Source: Chiloscyllium plagiosum
Taxonomy: Eukaryota
NCBI RefSeq assembly: GCF_004010195.1
Contig: NC_057718.1
Location: 57,489,023-57,520,405, forward strand
Length of the DNA stretch: 31,383 bases
Reading direction: 5' to 3'
Shown here: positions 11,673-22,810 of the stretch, piece by piece
Numbering within the stretch: the first letter of the stretch is position 1
How the letters are laid out: the number at the start of each line of letters is the position of its first letter
Position numbers and translations under genes: made by a program
Notes under the pieces: model-generated
The model's input: the letters and a program-made list of their open reading frames with translations, nothing else
The model's database searches: none
What the model was told of the DNA's origin: nothing

Positions 11673-13126
11673 AGTATAGTGCAATGGGGTCACCTGTAGT
11701 GTGACATGAACCCAAGGTCCCAGCTGAGGCCATCCCTATGGGTACCGAACTTGGCCATCAGCCTCTGCTCAGCTACTTTTCGTTGTTGCCTGTCCCGAAG
11801 CCCATTTTGGAGTACGGTCACCCGAAGGTACGAGGTCGAATGTCCCGGACCACTGAAGTGTTCTTCAACTGGGAGGGAACACTCTTGTCTGTTGATTGTT
11901 CTGCGGTGTCCATTCATCTGTTGACGTAACCTCTGCTTGGTCTAGCCAATGTACCATGCCTCAGGACATCCTTGCCTGCAGCGTACGAGATAAATAATGT
12001 TGGCTGAGTTGCATGAGTATCTACCACGTACATGGTGGGAGGTGTCCCCACGTGTATGGTGGTAACTGTGTTGACATTCTGACACATCTTGCAGCATCTA
12101 CCATGACAAGGTTGGATGGTACTGTCCTGAAAACTGGGCATTTTGCTATGAACAATGATCTGTTGCGGTCTGGTGGCTGTTTCGAGGCAAGGAGTGGAGG
12201 TGTGGGGAAGGTCTTGGTGAGATGCTCATCTTCATTGATAATGTGTTGCAGGCTGCGAAGAACATGGCGTAGTTTTTCAGCTCCTGGGAATTACTGGACA
12301 ACGAAGGGTACCCTCTTGGTTGCAGCTCGGTTTGTCTCCGGAGGAGGTCGTTATGTTTGCTCACTGTGGCATGTTGGAACTTGCAGTCAATGAGTTGAGC
12401 ATCATATCCCCGTTCTTATGAGGGCATCTTGGACAACACTTCAGCGATCTGGGACATTCGACCTCAGACCTTTGGGTGACCGTCCTCCAAGGCGGACTTT
12501 GGGACAGGCAATAACGAAAAGTGTCGAGCAAAGGCTGATAGCCAAGAAATGGCCTTCCCTGGGACCTTGGGTTCATGTCACACTACAGGTGATCCCATTG
12601 CACGATATACACACATGGACAGAGACAGACACACACACACACCTCATACTCTCACACATACACTCTCACACACATCCCCTTTACACTGACACATACATAT
12701 ACACACACCCTCTCACAATCATAACCCCCGCGCATGCACGTGCGCACACATACACATATAAGTTTGTGGGGTAAATTTGTTCTTGCAGAATTACTTTTAC
12801 TTTGCTCAAAAACTGCATGAATCCATGTAAGATAATGTAAATCAGTTTTTTAGATTAGTATCAGTCTGACCATTGTGGCACAGACACCTCACAGGGAACT
12901 AACACCTTCAATACATTATTTGGGCTGACATAACACCAATTGTTAAAGTTCACTTGAGAATGTAACTTTTTAAAAAGAGTTTTGTGATTTACATATGAAA
13001 GAATTGAAACCAACATGGTCATTCTAAAAGATCAGAGACTTAACAAACAATCCAGGTCTTTTTCAATATATAATTTCAGTTACATCACACCGTAAACTTT
13101 TGCTATAAATTCTTAATTTCCACAGT

Positions 13127-13161
13127 CACCTGATGAAGGAGCAGCGCTCCGAAAGCTAGTG
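13127..13161 (+). ncRNA. Intact minimal type I hammerhead ribozyme motif (right PLE arm)
   Basis: CAC / CTGATGA (13130-13136) / A / GGAGC-AGC-GCTCC / GAAA (13151-13154) / GCTA / GTG. Helix I is CAC:GTG, a palindromic AGCT replaces helix III, and the predicted cleavage is after CUA (13158). Confidence 0.85.
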
Positions 13162-14748
13162 CTTCCAAATAAACCTGTTGGACTATAACCTGGTGTGTGA
13201 TTTTTAACTTTGTACACCCCAGTCCAAGACCGGCGTCTCCAAATCATGACTTGTGTACAGGACTACATGCAGAGTATGACAGCATTTAATCCAATATGAA
13301 TTGAGTAGCCAGCTTGATCAACATCACACTGAAGCACATCATCATAGAATCTTTCTTGAAAATTTTCACAGAAGCTCAAATTGCCACTGCTTTAGATTAG
13401 GAATCCATGTTGGCATAGGTTATGTTCCTGCAGTGTTTTTCAACAGAGGTCAGGAGTTGCTGAGGCACTGTCCCACGAGAGTGCCCTCCTTAAGTACAAT
13501 AGCATTGGGTTAGAGTTAGGGCTAACCCTACTCCTAAACCACCACCCATGCTGCTACTGCCCTTCTCAGTGCTGCAGAGCCAGCTGGGCTAGTCTGCACT
13601 GGCCCATGCAAAGATGCTGCTGTCCACAACAGAGTACTAGAGACTCTGAGTTGTTGAGGATCACCTATCATGGACATTGGAATTGCAATGTTAAAAGCTC
13701 AGCAGCTTTTCACCTCCCAAGTTGTCACCACGAAGAAGACTCTATAGGGACATTGGAAACAACAATGGAGCACATAGAATAGAGACAAAAAATATTATTT
13801 TTGAGTATTATGTACACACAGAATAGAGCTGTTTAAGCAAATTTTCCCAAGGCCTGGAACCTGCTTTGAAATTGCAACAAACATCAATGAAATTTGAATG
13901 GTGGAATAACTGGGCTGCTGTACTAGAACAAAAATCCTCAGGTCAGTGGGCACTATTTAACTGCAATTCTGAAAACTCTAGGTAAATGAATAGAAGAGGT
14001 CAGATTAAAAGTAGTAGTTTTAAAGATTATGTATTAATTTTGTAAACCTTGATTTTGCAAATCATGTTGTTCAGAATACTGATTATTCTAATTGAAATGC
14101 ACAATATTAATCATAATTAATAAAACAATGAACAAAAACATTATTAGTATATCCATTAGCACAACTAATACAGACTAGCCCACTCTGACATATGCCTAAA
14201 TTAGAAGCACATTTGGACTTTGTATAGATCTGTCACTATTCATGCAGAACTAAATTTGTGATCATTACAAGCTGTTTAGTTTATGTGGTCATTGTTTCCC
14301 AGCTGCATGGTATCGTCTGTGAGCTGTGATGACTTTGCACGCTTTCAATCTCTGCCACATTAATCACCTATTAACTATGCAGGGTGAGTCTCAGAATGTG
14401 TCTCAATATTCTTTTTATGAACTTAACAATAAACCAGTGTGCCATCTTATTTCAATAGTTTCTGCTTATGTGGCTTCATCCTTATTGTCTTTTGAATGAT
14501 AGTATCTCTGTTGGTAGAGGCCTCTTTATTTAGAAGCTTGTGTTTTTCTCATCCCACTTCTGCTTCAATCAAATCACATTAATCAGATATCAATATTGTT
14601 GTAAAATTGAACCCTATTCTTAGAGGAAAGAACTCGAAAGATGGCACATAAGTTTTGTTAGTGACTCATAATGTTTGACCTCAAACTGTTTTGAGAAGAC
14701 TTGAGATCCTAGTTCTTAAAATATGGATCCAATGCCCTTAATGACAAT

Positions 14749-14888
14749 AAAAAAGAAACCTGAAAGAACTGTAGATGCTGGAAATCAGAGACAAAAACAG
14801 AAATTTCTGGAAAAACTCAGCAGGACTGATAGCATCTGTGGAAAGAAATCAGAGCTAATATTTTGGGTCCAGTGACTGTTCTTCAGAA
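14749..14888 (-). mobile_element. Mini Penelope-like terminus with decayed HHR and 12-bp TSD
   Basis: Minus strand (AG)TT-CTGAAGA-ACAGTC-ACTG-GACCC-AAAA-TATT-AGCT...GATGCT...CCTGCTGAGTTTTTCCAG. TSD CTTAATGACAAT (14737-14748) / CTCAGTGACAAT (14889-14900). Confidence 0.75.
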
Positions 14889-15029
14889 CTCAGTGACAAT
14901 CTTGCCATAGACTCAGACCAACCTCTTAGGGAAACCCATTTTTGACTAGCTTTACCACATCAAACCCATTTTTAATCAGGTTGCCAGTGAATCCATTTGA
15001 TCAGTACATTAGGAATGGAAGATAGGAAG

Positions 15030-15590
15030 CCAGAAAAGGAGAAAAGCTGATCATGGAGATAATGATTGGTGAGAAACAGTTGCCTGAAAGCAGCCCATAT
15101 CATGACAGGGCCTGGAGAGTAGGGTTTGGTAAAGGAATTTATAAGAAGTACTCAGGCTCTAACATTATTGAACTTGATATTGACTCTTGAAATCTGCAGG
15201 GTCTCTAAGCAGAAGATGAAATGCAGTTCTTCCAGTTTGGGCTGAGCCTTACTGGAGTCTTGCAGCAGGCTTGAGCCAGAGATGTTGGCATGGGAACATG
15301 GTGATATGTTGAAGAGGCAGGCAACTGGAAGCTTGGGGTCACTTTTATGGACACAAAGTAGGTGTTCTGCATGGTGTTCACCCAGCTTGCTTCTCATCTC
15401 CCCAGTGTAGAGAAGACAAAGTGTGAGCAGTCAATACAGTAGACTAGATTGAGTGAAGTGCAGATAAATCATTGCTTCACCTGGAAGATGTGTCTGGAGC
15501 CTTGAATGGGAAGGAGGGAGGAGATAAATTGGAAAGTTTTGCACCTTTTGTGATTACATGAGAAGATGCTGTGGGGAAATGTTGGGACAC
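15030..15590 (-). mobile_element. Penelope-like GIY-YIG endonuclease fragment
   Basis: FICTSLNLVYCIDCS...KLGEHHAEHL...LPVACLFN...KLEELHFIFCLETLQISRVNIKF, parallel to 8425-8760. Confidence 0.85.
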
Positions 15591-16592
15591 TAAACTTGGA
15601 AGAATTGTAAACTGAGAAGAGAACAGTATGGACTCTAAAAGGGCATTGATCAGTTGTTAGAGTGGACAGATAGGTGACACATAAAGTTCAGTGCAGAAAG
15701 CTGATGCATTTTGGTTGGAAGAACTTTGACAGACAGTAGGGAGTACAATTCTAAAAGGGTGGAAGCGCAGAAGGACTTAGGTATAGGTATGTGCGGATCA
15801 TTGAAGGTGGCAAGACAGGTGGAAAGAAGAGTTACTAAAGTATACAGTGTCCACATCTTTATTAATAGAGGCATAGAATACTAGAGCACGAAGGTGATCT
15901 TAACCTTTTATAAGACACTTGATGTACCACAGCTGGAGTGTTATGTAAATTTGTGAGTACCACCTAATAATTAAGGTGTGAATCCATTGGGATGAGTGCT
16001 GAAGTGATTTACAAGTAAGGTTCCAGGAACGAGAAACTTCAGTTCGGAGGGTAGATTGAAAAAGTTGGAACTGTTCTCTAGAGAGAGAGAGATGAAAGCT
16101 GAGTGGAGATTTAATAGAGACTTTCAAAATCATAGATAGAATGAATAGGGAGAAGTTGCTCCTGTTTGTAAAAGGAAAAAGAGAATCAGGGGACATAGAT
16201 TTAAAGTGATGTGCAAGCAATGCAAGAATGGTGAAAAAAAAACTCAGGCAGTGTGTTGATAAGTTGTGCAATGCATTGCCTGGAAATGTGGTAGAGGCTG
16301 GTGTAATTGAGGCATTCAAGAGGGCTTTGTATGACAATTTGGATATAAATGATATACAGAGATGGGGGATCAAAGGTAATGGGAAGAAGGCAGAAGTTTG
16401 GGGTTGAGAAATGTATCAGCTATGATCAAATGGCAGAGCATACTTGATGGGCTGAATGGCCTAATTCTGCTCCTGTATCTTATGGTCCATCTTATAGAAA
16501 AGAGATTGGCATTAAGTAATAGAACTGGAGTGGGCGTGATAGGTCAAATGGCTTTTTTCTGTGCCATAACAGTTCTGAAATGTTGTGATTCT
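15590..16592 (+). mobile_element. CR1 3' fragment with a younger CR1 3' end nested at about 16367-16495
   Basis: EWTDR*HIKFSAE, LWNALP-like motif (TTGTGCAATGCATTGCCTGG), and two successive CR1-type tails (...GGCCTAATTCTGCTCCTGTATCTTATGGTC; ...GGTCAAATGGCTTTTTTCTGTGCC). Confidence 0.75.
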
Positions 16593-17929
16593 GGTTGCAT
16601 GAAAGCTTCAGAAGCCAATGTTAAAGGATACAACAGTGTTCTTATGATAGTTCCTAACACCTGTGTTAGCCTAAAGTCTGTGTCAGTAATTGGAGGGGGA
16701 TTGACAGAACATTGTGAAAAACCCGTTGTAAATGCACATCTGGTCAATCGCCATCGGGAAGCGGAAGACAGATAGTTTCGGGGAGAGCCTTCAACTTTTC
16801 GATTTCCAGCATTGTGTGGTGATGTCAGTTTGTTCCGTGGGAACCAAGATGTAGCATCTGCAAAAATGGAACAAAGTACTTAAAGAATTGGCAGTGACAG
16901 GTAATATTAGAGTAAGCAATAATAAACTTTGTGTTGTGTATGTTTTGAGGTTTTGAGGTATTAGCTCTTTTATTAAAAACTCTAAGTTCCAAATTTGTAA
17001 GAATAAGGACCTCAGTTGTATCAACCCAGCAAGGTACGAATAATCATGAATAAAATAGAATTTTTCAACCAAGATATTATTGGAACTGAACAAATAAACA
17101 GTGAGGAAAACAGAAACTTTTTTTATCCCCCAAGACCCAGGATTTATTGAACATTGCCTGTACAGGTGATGCCATTATTTTCCTGTTCTTGTAGTTTTGG
17201 TATGTTGAACTGAGTTACACCATACAGAACTGCCACAAAATACATACATTCTGCCACAAAAGACTCATGATTCTGAGGGTGTCCTGTCCATTATTATGAA
17301 ATGGTTTCAAATTAACTTTTCCCATTGGCTTAAGATGAGGATCATAAGGTATCACGGCACCTCTGTAACTGTTGTATAAGGTAATGGCGCTGAATTCAAT
17401 AATGTTGGAGACTGCAATAAGCTCCACTTAGTCTCATTATGTCGTAATGAGTTGGGTAGCAAAGAGGCACAATGGCTTAGAATCTTTTTGAGTATTAGCG
17501 AGTTTTGAGAAATTTTTAGAGTATAAATCTATTTCCTATGTCTCCTATAGCCCTAATAGTAATGTCTATCATACTGTTGTAACTTGTACCTGAGTGCTAT
17601 TAAGCTACATCTTATCTAAGATATGAGCCTCTTCAGATTAAGACTCACTTGACAGCAGCAAACTCCCACAATCACAAGCTATTAGTGATTGGCACCCCAA
17701 AACATAACTATATTAGTTAAATAAGTGTACAGCTTATGTGACCACAAGGTCACATTTTATTGTGTGAACAAGTGAGGCATCCTTTTAGATACAGAGAACT
17801 TTTTAGGCATTGACTTTTTAACGTCAACTATCCTGAAAATATTCATCTAATATACCCAGGAATGCTATGCAATTGAGGACAATTGTTCATCATAGAATAT
17901 CAGGATTTTCTTTTTAAAATATAGTTTTA

Positions 17930-18794
17930 TATAGCAATAGAAGCATGGAGCAAATGAATGTGTTGCTGGAGAGATGATGCAGGAGGGAAGGCTTTAGATT
18001 TCTAAGGCATTTTGATGATTTCTGGAGGGGTGGGACCTATACAGGTTAAATAGGTTACATTTGACAGAAACAGAACCAACATTCCCTTGGGGAAGTTTGC
18101 CCAGAGAGTCCAGGGATGTGCAGGCTAGGTGAATTAGCCATGGGAAATGCAGTGTTACCTGGATGGGGTTGGCTCTAGATGGGATGCTACTTGGAGGGTT
18201 TAAACTAAACTGGCTCGGGTATGGGATTCTGACAAATAGTTCAAAGGGTAAAGAAACCGAGATGGAATTAAAATGCTAGGATGTAAATCTGGAAGTCGGA
18301 GGAAAATTGGGCTGGAATACAATGAAGTGAATTTAACAAGGCTAACTGAAATATATTTTAGTGCAAGGACCCTGAGGAGTAAGACAGATGAGCTGAAGGC
18401 ACAGCTTGGTAATGTGGGAGTATGATATCATAGCTATGAACAAGACTTGGCTGACAGATGGAAAGGATTGGCAGCTCAATATTCCTTGTTGCAGGCTCTT
18501 CAGATGAGATGAAGAGAGGGATGGATGGTTGGGGGGTGGGGGGAAAGCAGGGATGCAGGTGTCACAATATTGTTAAGGAATCAATTATAGCATTGAACAA
18601 GGATGATATCTTGGAGGGATCATGAAATGAGGCCATATGGGTAGAAGTAGCAAACACAAAAAAAGGCCATGACACTATTGGGCATGTACTGTAGACTCCC
18701 AGTCAGGGAGAGATATAGAATCAAATATATAATCAAGTTTCAGAGAAATGTAAGAATAATAAGGCAATACAAGTGATGATTTTAACTACCCAAA
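17930..18794 (+). mobile_element. CR1 fragment: end of ORF1 esterase and start of ORF2 AP-endonuclease
   Basis: Homologous to 30790-31383: CRREGFRFL, YFSARTLRSKTDEL, EYDIIA...TWL, DDFNYP (GDFN motif). Confidence 0.8.
18097..18199 (+). mobile_element. Internal V-SINE fragment with no head or tail, embedded in CR1
   Basis: TTGCCCAGAGAGTCCAGGGATGTGCAGGCTAGGTGAATTAGCCATGGGAAATGCAG...TTGGAGGGT matches the SINE body (reverse complement of about 18850-18940). Confidence 0.8.
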
Positions 18795-19113
18795 TCATAG
18801 ATTCCCTACAATGTGGAAGCAGCCCATTCAACCCATCAAGTACACACTAAACCTCCAATGAGCATCCCACCTAGAACCACCCCCATCCCTGTAAACCTGC
18901 ATTTCCCATGGCTAATCCACTTAGCCTGCACATCCCTGGTCCATTCACCATGACCAATCCTCCCTAATTGTCAAATCTTCAGACTTTGGGAAAGACCCCA
19001 TACAGACAGGGGGGAATATGCCAACTCCACACAGGCAGTAACCCGAGGGTGGAATCGAACCTGGGTCTTTGGTGCTGTGAGGCTGCAGTGATAACCATTA
19101 AGCCACTGTACCA
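18795..19113 (-). mobile_element. V-SINE (HE1-like) variant with an internally duplicated module
   Basis: Minus-strand A box TGGCTTAATGG, B box GGTTCGATTCC, V core, two AGG..GGATT.G.CATGG modules, and tail GTAGGGAATCTATGA. Confidence 0.88.
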
Positions 19114-19116
19114 CTC

Positions 19117-19497
19117 TGGGTGACCTTGTAAGGTTTATAAAATCATGGGGTGCCTAGATAAGGTGAATAGCAAAGGTCTTTTTCCTAGGGTAGGGAATTC
19201 AAAACTTTGGGGGCATATTTTTAAGGTGAGAGGAGAAAGACTTAAAAGGGACCTGAGGGGCAACGTTTTCACAGGGAGGATGGTTTGTATATGGAATGAA
19301 CTGCCAGAGAAAGTGATGAATACAGGTACAGTTACAACATTTAAAAGACATTTAGGTAAATACATGAATAGGAAAGATTTAGTGGAATATGGGCCAAACA
19401 CAGGCAAATTGAACTAGTTTAGTTTGGGAACATGGTTGATGTGGACTAGTTGGACCGAAATGTCTGTTTGCAAGCTATGTGATTCTATGACACTATA
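19117..19497 (+). mobile_element. CR1 3' end
   Basis: VYKIMGCLDKVNSKGLFP...GHIFKVRG...FTGRMVCIWNELP...FKRHLGKYM; tail CTATGTGATTCTATGACACTAT. Confidence 0.9.
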
Positions 19498-19639
19498 AAA
19501 GGATAAGGAAGGATCAGTAATAAAAATTCTAAACTGTAGAAAACTTATTTTACTAAGATAAGATACTGTTTTGCCCAAGAGGATTGGAGGCAGCTACTTG
19601 CAGATAAAACAGTGTCAAACGGAACTTGATGGACATATC

Positions 19640-20312
19640 CACAGATTCGGGAAGGTATCAGGGCAGGTAAATGAGGTGGTTCAGAAGACATTTGTGATCC
19701 TTGCCTTAATTAGCTCATGCATAGACTACAAGAACAGGGAGGTTATGCTAGAATTGTACAAAGTACTGGTTAGGCTATAACTGCAATACTGTGTGCAATT
19801 GTGGTCACCACAAAGTAGGAAGGATGTGTTTGCACAAGAGAAGGTGCAGAGGAGATTTATCAGGACGCTGCCTGGGCTGGAGGTTCTGAAATTTGAAGAT
19901 TGTTTTTTTTCCTTGCAGTAGCGAAGCTTGAGAGGGAACCTGATAGAAGTATATAAGATTATGAGGGGCATAGATAGGGTGAATAGGAAGGCACTTATTC
20001 CATTTGTAGATGGGTCAACAATCAGAGGATATAGATTTAAGGTAAGAGATAGAAGGCTAAGAGGGAAGTTGGGAAGAAATATTTTCACCCAGATGGTGGT
20101 GGGAGTCTGGAAATCACTGCCCGAAGAGCTGGTTGAGTCAGGAACTCTCGAAGCATTAAAGCTGCATTCACTTTTGGTTCCACCTCCAGGGCTAAGAGCT
20201 GGAAAATGGAATTAGTGTAGTGAGATTGTCATTGACTGATGCAGACATGATGGGCTGAATGACCACATTTCGCACAGTAAATATTTATGGGTCTATGAAA
20301 CTATGAGTCTAT
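19640..20312 (+). mobile_element. CR1 3' fragment
   Basis: LELYKVLVRL*LQYCVQLWSP...LRGNLIEVYKIMRG...FTQMVVGVWKSLP; tail GGTCTATGAAACTATGAGTCTAT. Confidence 0.88.
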
Positions 20313-20689
20313 TACTGTTTAGGATCCATACCACACAGCTTACCTGTTCATATTTCTATTCCAGCTTACAACCCTGTCAAAATCAGTGTTACTCTTTCAC
20401 CATGCAAGTGTAACCCAAATTTATCTCATTGCTCATTGTGGGGCCAACATAAGTAGGAAAGCCTTCAAATAGTTCACATCATTCACCAGCAGCAGAATTG
20501 AACAGTAAGCAACAAACAGAAGTTGCATTTGCCTCTCCAAACAGAACTGGATTGCTTGACTTCTGAGCAACAACAAATTTACAGTCACTGAATGATCACT
20601 GTATCCAGCTTGTATCTATTGGAAACGGGTATCAATTACATCCGGTCTGCCTTGTAGCACACAATACTGCTGCTGTGCTCTATCATGTG

Positions 20690-21396
20690 AAAAATGATAT
20701 TCCTCCTGCTCAAAGTTTTCATCTTTCAACTTGGATGACTACTGCTGCTCTCCCAGCTTTTCAGCCTCCACCATATCTCCTCTCTGCATGTTCCACTTGT
20801 GCAAAGCACATCATTCAAGAATTATGTAGCACACTCTGTTTAGGATGTACCACAATGCACTGTGATCCAAATATCAGAACGTCATCTTCAAGAGTTCAAT
20901 TGTCTGCTTCACCTTGGCTCTTATCAAAGAATGTGTTGATTTGTATCTGTTTTGCCTCAGTCAGGGGGTTTGCACAACAGAATCATCAGCCACAGTCACG
21001 GAAGATAGCTCTTGTTTCCTAGTAAACTCCACATAAGGCATCTGGCTCTTAAAATGCAGCAAGAAAATGAAAGATCTCAAGGATATAGTCATCAAGACAC
21101 CTTCCAAAGTATCTGGCACAGATTTCTTTGATGTGGTACCAAAGATTGCAGATGACTTATACTTTAATAAATGGAATGCTTTTTGTTAACAAAGTCTGTT
21201 GTGTGATGATATGGCTATCTGAACACAATGTGTGTGCCTTCTTTTGGTGTCTTCCACCTGGGGAAAGCCAGCACTGTTGACAAAATCCACCAATTGGGAT
21301 CTAGGATTGACTTTGTTATCAGGAAATGAGCGGTGTGATCTGCTACAACTCGCTTCAGGAGCAGGTTTGGTGCATTTGTGGATTGAGAATTGAGAG
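20690..21396 (-). pseudogene. Decayed PIF/Harbinger (HARBI1-like DDE) transposase
   Basis: Collinear motifs across frameshifts: SQFSIHKC, AGFPQV (21272-21255), GTHI (21238-21227), FVNKK, ICARYFGRCLDDYIL, LLGNKSY (21025-21005), WLM, YKSTH...KQTIELLKMTF*YLD, CALH, then an acidic tail. These match the family motifs GFP, IDGTH, NRKG, PGSxHD, GDxGY, WLMTP, IEQTIGxLKxRF and CCxLHN. Confidence 0.85.
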
Positions 21397-21404
21397 AACC
21401 CTAG

Positions 21405-21930
21405 TCATTAGAAATAGAAGCACAGAGTACAAAAGCAATGAATTTATGAAGAGTCTACATAAGACACAGATTTGGCCTCATTTTGTTCAATTCTGATCAC
21501 TGCGTATTTGAAAGGAGGTAAAGGATTTAGAGAGGTTGTAAAGTTGGGACAATATTTTATAGGAATGTTGAAAGTCATGTGGGATGTAGACAGTGTAGTT
21601 TGAGAGAAACTACTCGTTGATAGAATAGTTGAGAACCAAAGGACACATATTGGAGATGATTGATAAAAGAGCAGCGATAGGATGGAAAATGTATTTAAAC
21701 AGTAAGTGGTTCAAATTTGGAATACAATTCCTAAGGGGATGTTGGAGGCAGATTCAACTGTGCCTTTTAAAACAAAATTACAAAAGTGCCTGAAGAGAAT
21801 AATGTGCAGGCATTCAGGGAAAGAACATGGATATAGGACTAGATGCTCCTATGTCAGTCTGCTTTTGTAGACTGTTGACATAGCCATGATGTTCTGTATT
21901 GTAACCATTTTCTAATTCCATGACTCTATC
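21405..21930 (+). mobile_element. Decayed CR1 3' fragment that cuts off the 5' side of the Harbinger fossil
   Basis: TEYKSNEFMKSLHKTQIWP, VVQIWNTIP motifs; tail TTCTAATTCCATGACTCTAT. Confidence 0.7.
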
Positions 21931-22554
21931 AAGGAATGCATGTGGATTTGTGTTATCTTTACCCATTCTGGTGGGCTCAAGTGGAATTTAAAGGTGACTA
22001 TTTGTAAAAGTCAAACAAGTAGTTCAGTGTTTTGACCAACATTCATCCCTCAACTGATGGTATTAAGAAGTAAATTGATTAACCACTAATTGTTATTAAG
22101 ATTCTTGTTTCTATGTTGGATGACTTCATGATTCCATTTCAATACCTTTCAAAAGAAATGAGAATGCATTAATTCAATGTAAAATCTTTCAAGTCTTTTC
22201 TTTCTGATTAGACTTCAGACCACTTTCAAATGTTAGAACGGTCTTGTTCTTATTTAAAATTGCTACAATATAAAATTCCTGGAGTTCATTATGTTCTTAT
22301 GTCCATATATTGATACCATCTGTTAACTTGTTAAGCTATAACATGGAAGAAGGAGTTATCAGGCAAGCACTCCCTGGTGAGACAATATGATGCACTGTCA
22401 GTAAATTATAGATGAAACAATGCCCTTTTGAGCTTTCCTGCCATGGAATGCACATGTCTGGAAAAAGATGAGATTTTCCAAATGATACAACACTTGGCAG
22501 GAGTGACAGAAAAAAGAAAGTGGTATGTTGTCATTGTTGTTCCATTGAAGTGCA

Positions 22555-22810
22555 TTGAAATTACAGCACAGAAACAGGCCTTTCTCCTTGCTAGGTCCAT
22601 AGCAATGTTTATGACTCCGCTGAAATTAACTAATCCTGTCTGTATGTTCTTCTCTTCCTTTCTTACTCAGGTTCTTAAAGCTCGCCCTTAACGACACTAG
22701 TGACATTTCCCTCAGTTATTCCAGCTTCTAACCATTATATTGATGAGGATGTTTTTTTCCTCAAATATTTATTTGTGATTATCTTATATTTATGACACCT
22801 AGTTGTACTC
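22555..22810 (-). mobile_element. Decayed CR1-type 3' end
   Basis: GAAATTACAGCACAGAAACAGGCC is the reverse complement of the GGCCTGTTTCTGTGCTGTA tail motif. Confidence 0.5.

Larger units (their letters stand above)
11007..13248 (-). mobile_element. Penelope-like element (second family) with long inverted arms
   Basis: Minus-strand ORF remnant 12434-11690: Cys linker PCHGRCCKMC and GIY-YIG segment IIYLVRCRQGCPEAWYIG*TKQRLRQQMNGHR...PVEEHFS. 11007-11862 is the reverse complement of about 12435-13212. TSD ACTTGTGTTCA (10996-11006) / ACTTGTGTACA (13249-13259). Confidence 0.92.
9675..13790 (+). pseudogene. Decayed ORF remnant, probably the Harbinger accessory (Myb/SANT-type) gene, split by the Tx1 and PLE insertions
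   Basis: RRLVDMLLARLGALTSLQESLHTMDESMEEASCNL|..QDYMQSM resembles RMLMAIQAKILSVLADLPLARSIEEFGFNLTQNSVQSL at 29700-29580 (minus), which lies beside a Harbinger transposase. The Myb domain itself is not visible. Confidence 0.45.

Noticed and set aside
13507..13530. Telomere-like GGGTTAGAGTTAGGG...AACCCTA
   Set aside because: Only about two imperfect units, compatible with chance.
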